In this document: positions 43,895 through 54,177 of the stretch, piece after piece
Numbering within the stretch: the stretch's first letter is position 1
Layout of the letters: the number at the start of each line of letters is the position of its first letter
DNA from: Spirochaetota bacterium
GTDB lineage: Bacteria > Spirochaetota > UBA12135 > COTS27 > CBDBHE01
Direction: 5' to 3'
Length of the DNA: 64,000 nt
Assembly (NCBI GenBank): GCA_965205605.1
Contig: CBDBHE010000001.1
Location: forward strand, 1-64,000
Notes under the pieces: model-generated
Database searches by the model: none
The model's input: the letters and a program-made list of their open reading frames with translations, nothing else
What the model was told of the DNA's origin: nothing
Program-made: the position numbers and the translations under genes

Positions 43895-44635
43895 TTAAAC
43901 TGGCGTTTTCTCATAATAAAGAATTCTAGAACAATTCGTACAATAAACAACGTCTTTTTGTTGCTTTACATGGACTTCAACTTGAAAAGGGACTCTCATG
44001 TAACACCCACAACAAGTTTGGTTTTCTACTAAAACAATCGCTTTTTTATTTTTGTGTTTATAAATACGATTAAAAACAATGACTAATTTTGCAGGTATTT
44101 TTTCTTCTATTTTCTTTTTTTCTTCCGTGTATTCAGAGATTTTTTTTTTTCTTTCTTGTAAAAGTGACTCAAGGTTTTCTTTTTTATTTTTAATGAGTTC
44201 TTCTAATTCTTTAATGTTTTCTTCAATAACAGCAATTTTCTCTTTTTTAAAATCAAACTCTTCTGTCTTTGTTAAAAGATCATTTTCTAAAATAGCATTT
44301 TTTCTATTAAGCTCATCAATTTCTTTATTAATTGCTTTAAATTCTTTAATGGTTTTTATTTTCTTTTTTTTATCTTCCTTCTCTTCTATCCTTTCTTTTA
44401 TCTGTTTAAGAATAGTTTGTATTTCGTCATATTCTTTTTTACATTTATCTAAAATAGGTTGATGTTTATCATATTGATATTTTTTAATGTTATATTTTTT
44501 TTCTTCATTTTGCATGCCTTCACGCATTTCATTAATTTCTCCTACTAAAGCATCCAAATTTTGACTTACTTCTTGAAATTCAATGAGTTTAGTTACTAGT
44601 TCAGAAATTTTATTTTTTTTTATTACTTCAGTCAT
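43895..44635 (-). CDS. coiled-coil C4 zinc-ribbon protein (HP0958/CT398-like)
   Basis: long coiled coil, then CCGCYM...CTNCSRIL. Confidence 0.88.
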   Translation of the reverse strand: MTEVIKKNKISELVTKLIEFQEVSQNLDALVGEINEMREGMQNEEKKYNIKKYQYDKHQPILDKCKKEYDEIQTILKQIKERIEEKEDKKKKIKTIKEFKAINKEIDELNRKNAILENDLLTKTEEFDFKKEKIAVIEENIKELEELIKNKKENLESLLQERKKKISEYTEEKKKIEEKIPAKLVIVFNRIYKHKNKKAIVLVENQTCCGCYMRVPFQVEVHVKQQKDVVYCTNCSRILYYEKTPV

Positions 44636-44696
44636 AGGTCTAAAAAACTCCTCTACCTTTAAAACTTAAAAAAAGAATAGATATTAAAACTACCTC

Positions 44697-44725
44697 ATTA
44701 TACCATATAATTTATACCATATAAT
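44697..44725 (-). promoter_or_regulatory. extended -10 promoter within a 14-bp tandem duplication
   Basis: (TTATACCATATAAT)x2 on +; TGgTATAAT on - at 44705-44697. Confidence 0.55.
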
Positions 44726-44809
44726 TTTTTTTGAATCCTTTTAAAAGGATTTTTTTAAAAAAATTATATTACACATTAATATGATAATAAATAACCCTTC
44801 ACTTTTTTT

Positions 44810-45424
44810 ATGAACTTTCTTAAACAAGGTGGTTTTATGATGTGGGCTATTTTGTTTACATCTGTTATAGGACTTAGCATTATTATTGAAAGATATTTTT
44901 ATTTTAGAAAAGTTATTAAAAATCAAAAACAATTTCTAAAAGATCTTAAAACACTTTCAGTCACTAAAGAAAAAACTCATTTAAAAGCTTTTTTAAAAAA
45001 ATTAAGTGATGAAAAACAATACTCCTTTCATCTTGTTTTCCATACCATTACTTCAAATATTAATAAAGATAGCCTTACTCTTGAGAAACTGACTTTAGTT
45101 GCGATACAAAAGGAAGTTGGTAAACTTGAAAAAGGTTTAACAACTTTAAACACTATTGCCTCCACTGCCCCTTTGATGGGACTTTTGGGGACTGTTCTTG
45201 GCATGATAGAATCTTTTGCCTATATCTCTTTTAATCAAGATCAAGCCTTAGGCGAAGATATTGCCAACGGAATTTCAAAAGCTCTTTTAACAACTGCTTT
45301 TGGACTTTTTGTGGCCATTCCTTGTATTATTTTTTATAATTACTTTTCAAAAAAACTCGATACTATTATTAATGATATTGAAACAACAACCCTTAATATT
45401 ATTAATCAATTAAAAAAGAGCTAA
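44810..45424 (+). CDS. MotA/TolQ/ExbB proton channel protein
   Basis: GGFMM, APLMGLLGTVLGMI, GISKALLTTAFGL. Confidence 0.92.
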   Translation: MNFLKQGGFMMWAILFTSVIGLSIIIERYFYFRKVIKNQKQFLKDLKTLSVTKEKTHLKAFLKKLSDEKQYSFHLVFHTITSNINKDSLTLEKLTLVAIQKEVGKLEKGLTTLNTIASTAPLMGLLGTVLGMIESFAYISFNQDQALGEDIANGISKALLTTAFGLFVAIPCIIFYNYFSKKLDTIINDIETTTLNIINQLKKS

Positions 45425-45428
45425 AAAA

Positions 45429-46286
45429 ATGGGAAACCTTATTTCATTTTTTCAAACCAATAAGATTTCTTGTCCTATTTGTTCAAAAAAATTTTCTAGA
45501 GAAATCATGCGAACGGGTGGAGGAAGAATTATTGCTGGTAAATTAAAAATAGATTTAAGAAGAGAATATGAAAAAAGTTCTAAATATGGATATGTTTACC
45601 CTTTAATTTACAACCCTGTTGTTTGTCCTAATTGTTTTTATTCTGCTCTTCCAGAAGATTTTTCTAAAGTCCCCAAAGAAATTATTCCAAAAATATTAGC
45701 TAATGAAGCATCACGAAAAGAACATGCCAATATGATTTTTGGTGATTTTAATTATGAAAGCGAGCATCGCAACTTAACAGCAGGTGCTAAAGGATTTTTT
45801 TTAGGAGTTTCATGTTATGCCTATTTTCCAAAAGAATTTGCCCCATCAACAAAAAAAGCTATTTGTGCAATAAGGGCTTCTTGGTGCATTGACGATCTTT
45901 ATAAACAACATAAAAACGAAAACTATGAAACCATTTATCAATATTTTAGATTTTTAGCTTTCAAATGTTATGAAAAATCAATTGAAACTATGACAAGTGG
46001 TGAAGAAGATTTTGGAGGAGTTTCTCATTTAGGGCCCGATACCGATGTCAATTTTGGCTATGAAGGGACTCTTTATACAAGCGCTTATTTAGGATATGAA
46101 CTTAAAAACCTTCTTGATGAAAAAATATTATATCAAAAACTTAAAGATTATCGGACCCAATTAGCAAAAGTTTTTGGGTTTGGAAAATCTTCTAAAGAAA
46201 AACCCACCCCTCTTCTCAATCATGCAAGAGATTTACATGAACTCATCGGTAAAGAAATTGATTCTTTAAAAGAAATATACAAATAA
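45429..46286 (+). CDS. DUF2225-like zinc-ribbon protein
   Basis: CPIC...YPLIYNPVVCPNC.YSA; adjacent to truA. Confidence 0.8.
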   Translation: MGNLISFFQTNKISCPICSKKFSREIMRTGGGRIIAGKLKIDLRREYEKSSKYGYVYPLIYNPVVCPNCFYSALPEDFSKVPKEIIPKILANEASRKEHANMIFGDFNYESEHRNLTAGAKGFFLGVSCYAYFPKEFAPSTKKAICAIRASWCIDDLYKQHKNENYETIYQYFRFLAFKCYEKSIETMTSGEEDFGGVSHLGPDTDVNFGYEGTLYTSAYLGYELKNLLDEKILYQKLKDYRTQLAKVFGFGKSSKEKPTPLLNHARDLHELIGKEIDSLKEIYK

Positions 46287-46290
46287 ACCC

Positions 46291-47073
46291 ATGCAAATCT
46301 GCATTTGTCTTGCTTATGATGGCACCAATTATCATGGCTTCCAAAAACAAAAAAATACTTTAACGATTCAAAATATTTTAGAAAAAAAATTAAGTAATTT
46401 GTATCAACAAGCAATTACTATTACCTCTTCAGGGAGAACGGACAAAGGGGTTCATGCCGAAGGACAAGTTATCGCTTTTAAAATTAAAAAACCCTCTCTT
46501 ATTCCTATTAAAAAGCTTCCTTCTATTTTAAATAAAAAATTACCTTCAGATATTCAACTACTTTCAGCTAAAGAAACTTCTTTTTCTTTTCACCCTCGTT
46601 ATCAAGCAAAAGTTCGCTGTTATCGTTATCGTTTTTTAAAATCTTCTTCTCAACTCAAGCGGCTTCCTTTAGAGTTACTTAGGTTTGCTTATAATTCTAA
46701 TTATTTCATTTCAAAAAAAGAATTTTATTCTTACTTGAGGCCGTTTATTGGAAAACATGATTTTACTTCTTTTTCTTCCAAGCATGACAGTGCAAAAAAT
46801 AAAATAAGAGAAATTTATCACATTGATCTTATTGAAAATATTTATTCTATTGACATTGATATTTATGCCAATGCCTTTTTAAGAAACATGGTAAGGTCCA
46901 TGATAGGTAATGCCTTTTATTTTTATAAAAAAAAAGTAAAAATAGATATTATCAAAAGTATTTTACTCAAAAAAAATCCAGAACTAGCTAAACTAAGAAT
47001 GCCAGCTAAAGGGCTTTGTTTAAAAAAAGTGTTTTACACGCCTATTTTTCCAACTTTATTTTCCAAATCATAA
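46291..47073 (+). CDS. truA: tRNA pseudouridine(38-40) synthase
   Basis: YDGTNYHGFQ, SGRTDKGVHA, GKHDFTSF, FLRNMVR. Confidence 0.96.
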   Translation: MQICICLAYDGTNYHGFQKQKNTLTIQNILEKKLSNLYQQAITITSSGRTDKGVHAEGQVIAFKIKKPSLIPIKKLPSILNKKLPSDIQLLSAKETSFSFHPRYQAKVRCYRYRFLKSSSQLKRLPLELLRFAYNSNYFISKKEFYSYLRPFIGKHDFTSFSSKHDSAKNKIREIYHIDLIENIYSIDIDIYANAFLRNMVRSMIGNAFYFYKKKVKIDIIKSILLKKNPELAKLRMPAKGLCLKKVFYTPIFPTLFSKS

Positions 47074-47083
47074 AAAAGTAACC

Positions 47084-48421
47084 ATGATTCATATTTTAAT
47101 TGTTGATGATGAAAAAAATATTCGAGAAGGGCTACAAAAAGCACTTGAGCCATCGGGATATAAAATAATACTAGCAAGTGATGGAAAAGAAGGATTAGAA
47201 AAATTTCTCATTAATAAAATTGATTTAGCTATTTTAGATATTAAAATGCCTAAAATTAGCGGACTTGAAGTCTTACAAAAAATCAATGATTTTCAAACGG
47301 CTATTCCAATTATTTTTCTAACAGGCCATGGCAATGTAGAAACCGCTGTGGAAGCGATGCAACTTGGGGCTTATGATTTTTTAACCAAACCTGTTAATTT
47401 AGACAAACTAGAAATTATCATCAAAAGAGCTCTTAATTTAAAAGAGCTTGAGAAAACTAATAAAAAACTTAAAAACCAAATTAGAGACTATGAAGTCGTT
47501 AAAAACATTTTAGGTAAAAGTAAACAAACTCTAAAATTGATTGAAACCATTAAAAAAGTCGCCCCTTCAAAAGCCAATGTCTATATTTATGGAGAAAGTG
47601 GGACTGGAAAAGAAGAAGTTTGTAATGCTATTCACCAGTACACAATGGAAAACAAGCCCCTCATTAAAGTCAACTGTTCTGCACTTTCTCCTAGTCTAAT
47701 GGAAAGTGAACTTTTTGGTCACGAAAAAGGAGCCTTTACTGGCGCTCATCAACTTAAAATTGGACGTTTTGAAGCTGCAAATGGAGGAAGTCTTTTTTTA
47801 GATGAAGTGAGTGAAATCCAAAAAGAGGTCCAAATTAAGCTACTAAGAGTCCTCCAAGAAAAAAAAATTGAACGCATCGGTAGTAACCAATCGATTGATA
47901 TTAATTGTCGAATTATTTGTGCTTCTAATAAAAATCTTGAAGAAGAAGTAAAAAAAAATAATTTTAGAGAAGATTTATTTTATCGCTTAAATGTTATTGA
48001 CATTAATGTCCCTCCTCTTAGAGAACGTAAAGAAGACATCGAGCTTTTAAGCAAAAATTTTTTTGAATTTTTTACCAAAGAAAATAATTTTGATTCTTTA
48101 GAAATCACTCCCCAAGTGTTTTCTTGTTTTCAAAATTATTCTTGGCCAGGAAATATTAGAGAACTTAAAAACGTTGTTGAAAAGCTCGTGGTGATGAACA
48201 CAAATAATAGAATTGCTATTAAAGACTTACCTGTTTATCTTAGAAAAAACAATATCAAAAAAAATAATATAGACGTCCCTTTTGGGATCTCTTTAGAAGA
48301 AGCAGAAAAAAAAATTATTTTTGAAACCATCCAACATTTTGGAGGAAATAAAAGTAACGCAGCAAAGTCTTTAAAAATAGGACGTAAGACACTTCATCGA
48401 AAAATTAACTCTGGACAATAA
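47084..48421 (+). CDS. sigma54-dependent response regulator (NtrC/AtoC, Rrp2-like)
   Basis: receiver domain (DD, D52, K), GESGTGKE, GAFTGA, FLDE, WPGNIREL, Fis HTH. Confidence 0.95.
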   Translation: MIHILIVDDEKNIREGLQKALEPSGYKIILASDGKEGLEKFLINKIDLAILDIKMPKISGLEVLQKINDFQTAIPIIFLTGHGNVETAVEAMQLGAYDFLTKPVNLDKLEIIIKRALNLKELEKTNKKLKNQIRDYEVVKNILGKSKQTLKLIETIKKVAPSKANVYIYGESGTGKEEVCNAIHQYTMENKPLIKVNCSALSPSLMESELFGHEKGAFTGAHQLKIGRFEAANGGSLFLDEVSEIQKEVQIKLLRVLQEKKIERIGSNQSIDINCRIICASNKNLEEEVKKNNFREDLFYRLNVIDINVPPLRERKEDIELLSKNFFEFFTKENNFDSLEITPQVFSCFQNYSWPGNIRELKNVVEKLVVMNTNNRIAIKDLPVYLRKNNIKKNNIDVPFGISLEEAEKKIIFETIQHFGGNKSNAAKSLKIGRKTLHRKINSGQ

Positions 48422-48431
48422 CACCAATAAA

Positions 48432-49535
48432 TTACAAATACTTTCTTTCAATTCTTTTCCCTAATGAACAGATAATATCATAAGGATGTGACTCTTTTAA
48501 ACAAGCCCAATCTTCTACTGTAATTGACTTGTCTTCACTGTCTCCAATCAAAACAACCCGATCCCCTATTTTAGCTTTTTTGACCCGACTAACATCCACT
48601 GTAATATAATCCATCGATATTCGACCAATTATAGGGCAAATCTCCCCTGATATAAGTACTTTACCTTTATTGCCAGCAATGTAAGGTATCCCATCTGCGT
48701 AACCCAAAGGAATCGTCCCAACTAAAGTATCTTTTTTTAAAATACAAGTCGCTCCATAACCAATTGTACTACCCTTAGGTAGCATTCTTAAAGAAATTAA
48801 AGAAGAAAAAAGAGTGAGCGTTTTTTTTAAAGTATAAGCATGGCCTCCTAAAAGATCAAAAACACCATATAAATTAATCCCCGTTCGTACCATATTGTAA
48901 TAAGTTTCTTCAAAGTTATTAATGCCATCAGAGTTTGCCAGATGCTTCCAAACAATGTTTTGATATTTTTCTAAAATAATATCAAAACGCTTTTTTTGTT
49001 TTTGAGTTTGAGGGTCTTTTTTTAAATTAGCATTTGATAAATGAGAATACACTCCTTCTATTTTTAAAGATGACAATGACAAAATTTTATCAATGATTAA
49101 AAAAGCTTTTTCATAAAAAATACCAAGTCTCCCCATCCCTGTATCAATAACAAGATGCCCTATAATTTGTTTTTTTTGTTTTTTGGCTTCTTTATCAATC
49201 AGTTTAGCAAGCTCTAAATTTTCAATGGCTAAAATAAAATTATTTTCAATCGCTTTTTTAATTTCTTCTTTAAACAAAGAGCCCAATATAAGAATGTTTA
49301 CTTTTTTTTTAAAAAAAGCTTTAATTTCTAAAGCTTCTTTAAGATTGGCTACTCCAAACCATTTTGCTCCTACTTTATAAAGTGCTTTACTAATAGCCCC
49401 TACCCCAAGTCCATAAGCATTAGCTTTTAAAACCACCATCACTTCACAAGGATCAACATGCCTTTTAATCGTCAAAAAATTCTCTTGAATTTTTTTGATT
49501 TGAATCAAAAGCTGACTTTTAAAAATTAAACTCAT
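48432..49535 (-). CDS. alr: alanine racemase
   Basis: VLKANAYGLG, DTGMGRLG, HLANS, GYADG, GRISMD. Confidence 0.95.
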   Translation of the reverse strand: MSLIFKSQLLIQIKKIQENFLTIKRHVDPCEVMVVLKANAYGLGVGAISKALYKVGAKWFGVANLKEALEIKAFFKKKVNILILGSLFKEEIKKAIENNFILAIENLELAKLIDKEAKKQKKQIIGHLVIDTGMGRLGIFYEKAFLIIDKILSLSSLKIEGVYSHLSNANLKKDPQTQKQKKRFDIILEKYQNIVWKHLANSDGINNFEETYYNMVRTGINLYGVFDLLGGHAYTLKKTLTLFSSLISLRMLPKGSTIGYGATCILKKDTLVGTIPLGYADGIPYIAGNKGKVLISGEICPIIGRISMDYITVDVSRVKKAKIGDRVVLIGDSEDKSITVEDWACLKESHPYDIICSLGKRIERKYL

Positions 49536-49562
49536 TCTTTACTTCTTGTATTTTCCCTATTT

Positions 49563-50513
49563 CTATCCTCTTAAAAAAAGATAATAGATATAAACTCCAT
49601 AAATAAAAAGCAGAAAAAACCCTTTCCTTAAAGTAAGCATATACGCTTTTCCAATAAAGCAAAAACCAATAAGAAGTAAACAAATGACCATATTTAAAAG
49701 GCATTCAATTAAAAATAAAGAAGAAATCTCAATCGGTTTGACTAAAGCACTAGCTCCAAAAATAAGAAAAATATTACAAATATTAGATCCAAAAATATTC
49801 CCAACAATAAGGTCTATTTTCTTTTTTTTAACCGCAATAATCGTTGTCACTAACTCCGGAAAAGAAGTCCCTAAAGCAACCACTGTAAGCCCCACAAACC
49901 CTTCACTTAAAGCAAATAAATCACAAAGAAACAAACTTCCATAAACAATCAATCTTCCTCCTAAAAAAAGAAAGACAATTCCAATAAAAATCAAAAAAAT
50001 AGAAACTTTTAAAGACTTTGTTTTTTGACTAGATATTTCTTCTTTGATAAAACTTTTTCGATCTTTTTTAAAAAGAAAGTAATAATAACAAAAAAATATC
50101 ACTAAAAAAATAACGCCTTCTAAGCGAGATAAGGTATAAGATTTATAATTAATGACAAAAGCAAATATTAAAAAACAACTAATAGAAGCAATATTAAGTA
50201 AAATATCAACACGTACCAAATACTTTGAAAAAGGAATCACTGTTAAAAAAGAAGCGATTCCAAAAATTAAAAGTAAATTTGATAAATTACTCCCTAAAAT
50301 ATTTCCAACAGCCAAATCAAAATTATTCAAATAAACCGCTATGGTGTTAAATACAAGCTCTGGGGCTGAAGTGCCAATTGAAACAATGGTAAGCCCCACT
50401 ACCATTTCTGAAATTTTAAGCTGTAAAGCAATCGAACAAGCCCCTTCTACTAAATAATTTGCCCCCTTAATCAGTAAAAAAAAGCCTAAAAATAAGCCCA
50501 AAATCTCAAACAT
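49563..50513 (-). CDS. calcium/sodium antiporter (YrbG/CaCA family)
   Basis: two GTS.PEL and GN..GSN alpha repeats. Confidence 0.93.
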   Translation of the reverse strand: MFEILGLFLGFFLLIKGANYLVEGACSIALQLKISEMVVGLTIVSIGTSAPELVFNTIAVYLNNFDLAVGNILGSNLSNLLLIFGIASFLTVIPFSKYLVRVDILLNIASISCFLIFAFVINYKSYTLSRLEGVIFLVIFFCYYYFLFKKDRKSFIKEEISSQKTKSLKVSIFLIFIGIVFLFLGGRLIVYGSLFLCDLFALSEGFVGLTVVALGTSFPELVTTIIAVKKKKIDLIVGNIFGSNICNIFLIFGASALVKPIEISSLFLIECLLNMVICLLLIGFCFIGKAYMLTLRKGFFLLFIYGVYIYYLFLRG

Positions 50514-51268
50514 TATTTCAATTTCTCTCGCATCACTTCTGCACTAGAAGCCTTCAGATAAAATGGCACCAATTTCAACGGGTCTTCAAAACAAGCTTCT
50601 TGTTTACTTATTTTTTTTTCAATCATATCAGCAAAAAAACAAGTATCAACCGCATTAAAAAAATTTTCTAAATAAAAATCAAGTTTCATATTTTTTATTC
50701 CTTGTTTAAAAGCATCCTTAGCTGTACCAAAAATAATAGGTTTTATTGTTTCATGTTCTTTTAAAAAATTAGAGAAATCACGACCCTTTAATGTTTTTTC
50801 TTCCAATTTACCCAAAGAAAATCCTTTTAAAATTGCCAAAAAATCTTCGATTGAGTCTTCAAAATAAGGTAAAAGACGTTTTTGGTTTTTATATAAAGTC
50901 CAATAAAGATTTCTTTTCCCTGAATCTACAATAGGAAGCAAATAACCTTCTTTGTATAACCCTGCTTTTTTTACAAGTAATTCAAAAACATTAAGTGTAA
51001 CAATTTTTTTTTTCAAAGCATACGCTAAAGTTTTGAAAATAGAATACCCAATCCGCAGCCCTGTGAAACTCCCTGGCCCTGAAACAAGCCCAAAAGCATC
51101 CATATCTTTAAGTTCTATACTTACTTCTTTTAAAAGAGACGTCAGCATTGGAAAAAAAGTTTCATGATGACGGTAAGATTCTGTTGAAAAGAAATTTTTC
51201 TTAATAACTCCTACTTTTATCGAAAGCTTTAAAAAAGAACCACTACTATCACAAGTAAGAATATTCAC
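50513..51268 (-). CDS. tsaB: t6A biosynthesis protein TsaB
   Basis: N-terminal LTCDSS, GPGSFTGLRIG, C-terminal LVPFYLKASSAE. Confidence 0.92.
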   Translation of the reverse strand: MNILTCDSSGSFLKLSIKVGVIKKNFFSTESYRHHETFFPMLTSLLKEVSIELKDMDAFGLVSGPGSFTGLRIGYSIFKTLAYALKKKIVTLNVFELLVKKAGLYKEGYLLPIVDSGKRNLYWTLYKNQKRLLPYFEDSIEDFLAILKGFSLGKLEEKTLKGRDFSNFLKEHETIKPIIFGTAKDAFKQGIKNMKLDFYLENFFNAVDTCFFADMIEKKISKQEACFEDPLKLVPFYLKASSAEVMREKLK

Positions 51269-52758
51269 AAAATTTTAGCTTTCTTACTTCCTTTATAAAA
51301 TTGAATATTAACTTCATCATTTTTTTTTAAATTGGCTCCATCATTGATGACTTCACTGCCTTTTTTAATAACCGAATACCCTTTACTCAATACTTTTAAT
51401 GGAGAAAGTACTTCTAAAGCAGTACTTTGCTTTAAAAATTTTTTTTTATAATCCAAATGTTTTTCATTGATTTTATTAAAAATTAAATTAAAAGATTTTT
51501 CTACTCTTTCTCTTTTTTTATAAACAAGCTTTGAAATCAAATAAGCAAATTGACTCATTGAAAAATAACTAACCTTTTCTCTTAAAACTAATAAACGATG
51601 ATTCATCGATGTCAATAACTGCTGATTCATTACAGCTAAATTTTGAATCAATTGTTTTTTATAAAAAGCAACTTGTTCCCCAGCAGATGTAGGCGTCGAA
51701 CAACGAAAGTCTACTACCAAATCTAAAATAACCATATCCACTTCATGTCCAATTGCTGAAATAATAGGGATTTTACTTTCAAAAACACTTTTTGCTAAAA
51801 ACTCACTATTAAAAGCTGACAAATCTTCTTCCGATCCCCCCCCTCTTGTAATAATAAGAAGGTCAACAAAATTATGTTCATTAGCTTTTTCAACCATCTT
51901 AGCCATTTCAATATCCGCCCCTTCTCCTTGTACTTTTGAAGGGTAAATAATAACTTCTATTTTAGAAATATCCAGTTCTAAACTTTTAATCACATCAACA
52001 ATAGCCGCTCCGTACGGACTAGTAATCAAACCAACTTTTCCTGGATAACGAGGGATTTTTTGCTTGTATTTACTATCAAACAAACCTTCATTTTCTAGCT
52101 TTTGTTTCACCCGATGAAAAGAAGCCAGTAAGTCTCCTTTTCCTTTAAAAGAAATTAAATTAATAATAAACTGACACGCCCCTCTTTTTTCATAAAAAAC
52201 AAGATTACCAAGTGCTTCAACATTAATGCCTTCTTCTATTTTTAGGTTAAACCTCTGTGCTTGTCTTTTAAATATTACACAAGAAATAACTGCCTGATTA
52301 TCTTTTAAATTAAAATAAAAATGCCCATTTGAACTTTGATTTAAATCACTAATTTCCCCTCTAATCCATATATTTTTATAGCTTTTATTAAAGTATTTTT
52401 TAATTTTTTCTGTAAACTCTGTGACTGAAAAAACAAGTGTTGGAGAATGTTTTTGAGATGAAAAAGGAGAAACAGTTGGATTTGTTACTTTGGGTTGTAA
52501 CTCTTTTTCAGAAGCATAAAAAGTATTTAGCCAATCTTCTAAAGATTTGCCACTAATTTTTAAAAATTGATCTTGTGAATCTGTTTTTAAAATCTTTTCA
52601 TTCCAGGAAAAATAAATAATTTTAAGACCTAAAGCATCTAAATAAATATCTTTAAAACTAACTGTATCTTGTTTCCCATTTTCATAAACAATTTTCCACC
52701 GACCTCCCATTTCAATAAAACCTTCAAAAACATCTGCTAAAGTAAAATGAGCTTTCAA
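51265..52758 (-). CDS. xseA: exodeoxyribonuclease VII large subunit with ~105-aa N-terminal extension
   Basis: WIRGEISD, GHFYFNLKD, RGGGSEEDL, IGHEVD, TPTSA, LSPLKVLSKGY. Confidence 0.93.
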   Translation of the reverse strand: MKAHFTLADVFEGFIEMGGRWKIVYENGKQDTVSFKDIYLDALGLKIIYFSWNEKILKTDSQDQFLKISGKSLEDWLNTFYASEKELQPKVTNPTVSPFSSQKHSPTLVFSVTEFTEKIKKYFNKSYKNIWIRGEISDLNQSSNGHFYFNLKDNQAVISCVIFKRQAQRFNLKIEEGINVEALGNLVFYEKRGACQFIINLISFKGKGDLLASFHRVKQKLENEGLFDSKYKQKIPRYPGKVGLITSPYGAAIVDVIKSLELDISKIEVIIYPSKVQGEGADIEMAKMVEKANEHNFVDLLIITRGGGSEEDLSAFNSEFLAKSVFESKIPIISAIGHEVDMVILDLVVDFRCSTPTSAGEQVAFYKKQLIQNLAVMNQQLLTSMNHRLLVLREKVSYFSMSQFAYLISKLVYKKRERVEKSFNLIFNKINEKHLDYKKKFLKQSTALEVLSPLKVLSKGYSVIKKGSEVINDGANLKKNDEVNIQFYKGSKKAKIL

Positions 52759-52779
52759 AGAAATTAAAGAGTTAAAAAG

Positions 52780-54120
52780 TTAGTAAGAAGCACTTAAATA
52801 AGTTGGGAGCCAAGTGACTATCTTTGGAAAAAAAAGAAGTATCACCAAAACAATCACCTGTATGACAATGAAAGGAACGACTCCTTTATAAATATCTGAC
52901 ATACTTAATTGATTTTTTGTAGAAGCTTTTAAATAAAAAAGCGCAAAACCAAAAGGAGGTGTTAAAAAAGAACTTTGTAAGTTTATCGCAATTAAAACAG
53001 CAAAAAAGAGTAAATCTTGTTCTGAGTAAAATCCTAACGAAGAAAAAATAGGTACAATAATTGGTATCACAATAAAACAAATCTCTAAAAAATCTAATAC
53101 AAACCCCAATAAAAAGATCATCATCATTATAAAAGCAATTACCCAATAACGATGTAAATTAAGATCATTAATAATAGAAACAATCATCTCATCGCCCGAT
53201 AAAAGCCTAAACACTAAACCAAACACTTGCGCTCCAATCAAAATCGTAAAAACCATCGTCGTCATTTTTACTGTCTGAATGGCACTCTCAAAAAGAACTT
53301 CTTTATTAAGTTTTTTTCGATAGCCTGCAATTAAAATCCCTCCAAAAGCTCCACAAGCTGCTGATTCTGTTGGGGAAGCAATCCCTGCCATAATACTTCC
53401 CAAAACAATCAAAACAAGTCCACCTGTTGGAATAAAAATATTAAGTATTTGTTTTAAAGATTTTTTTTCTTCTTTTAAAATTTCCTTTTTAACATTAATT
53501 TTTTCATCAAAATACACCTTAAAAGAAACATAAACAAGATAGCAAACAACCAATAAAACACCTGGAAAAATAGCTCCTGCAAAAAGACTACCCACATCAA
53601 CATTCATCATATCTCCTAAAATGATCAAAACAATTGAAGGGGGAATAATTTGTCCTAGTGTCCCTGAAGAAGCAATCACCCCAGCTGAAAACTGTTTTGA
53701 ATACCCATGCTTTAACATCGTCGGTAGTGATAAAATCCCCATGGTCACCACCGTAGCCCCTACAATCCCCGTTGAAGCAGCAAGTAACGTCCCTACAAGA
53801 ATAACCGAAACCGCAAGACCTGCTTTCCACTTTTTCATTAATGACGCCATCATTTCAAGTAGCTCTTTTGACAAATTCGACTTTTCTAAAATAATTCCCA
53901 TAAAAACAAAAAGAGGCACTGCCATTAAAGTAACATTTTCAACAATTCCAAAAATTCTTTGCGGTAAAAAAGCAAAATTATCAAAACTAATAAAGCCAAA
54001 CATAATTCCTATCATTCCAAAAACAAACCCCGTCCCCATAAGAGCAAATGCCACCGGAAACCCCGATAAAATACTCCCCAGCAAGAAAAGAAACATTAAG
54101 CAAACCAATATTGATTCCAT
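52780..54120 (-). CDS. dctM: TRAP transporter large permease
   Basis: GFPVAF, AVPLFVFMG, GTLGQIIPPS, PTE, TPPFGFALFY. Confidence 0.93.
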   Translation of the reverse strand: MESILVCLMFLFLLGSILSGFPVAFALMGTGFVFGMIGIMFGFISFDNFAFLPQRIFGIVENVTLMAVPLFVFMGIILEKSNLSKELLEMMASLMKKWKAGLAVSVILVGTLLAASTGIVGATVVTMGILSLPTMLKHGYSKQFSAGVIASSGTLGQIIPPSIVLIILGDMMNVDVGSLFAGAIFPGVLLVVCYLVYVSFKVYFDEKINVKKEILKEEKKSLKQILNIFIPTGGLVLIVLGSIMAGIASPTESAACGAFGGILIAGYRKKLNKEVLFESAIQTVKMTTMVFTILIGAQVFGLVFRLLSGDEMIVSIINDLNLHRYWVIAFIMMMIFLLGFVLDFLEICFIVIPIIVPIFSSLGFYSEQDLLFFAVLIAINLQSSFLTPPFGFALFYLKASTKNQLSMSDIYKGVVPFIVIQVIVLVILLFFPKIVTWLPTYLSASY

Positions 54121-54177
54121 TGAAATAACCTTTTTTTATTAAAAAAACACTTTAATAAAAACTTCCTTTTTTTTAAA

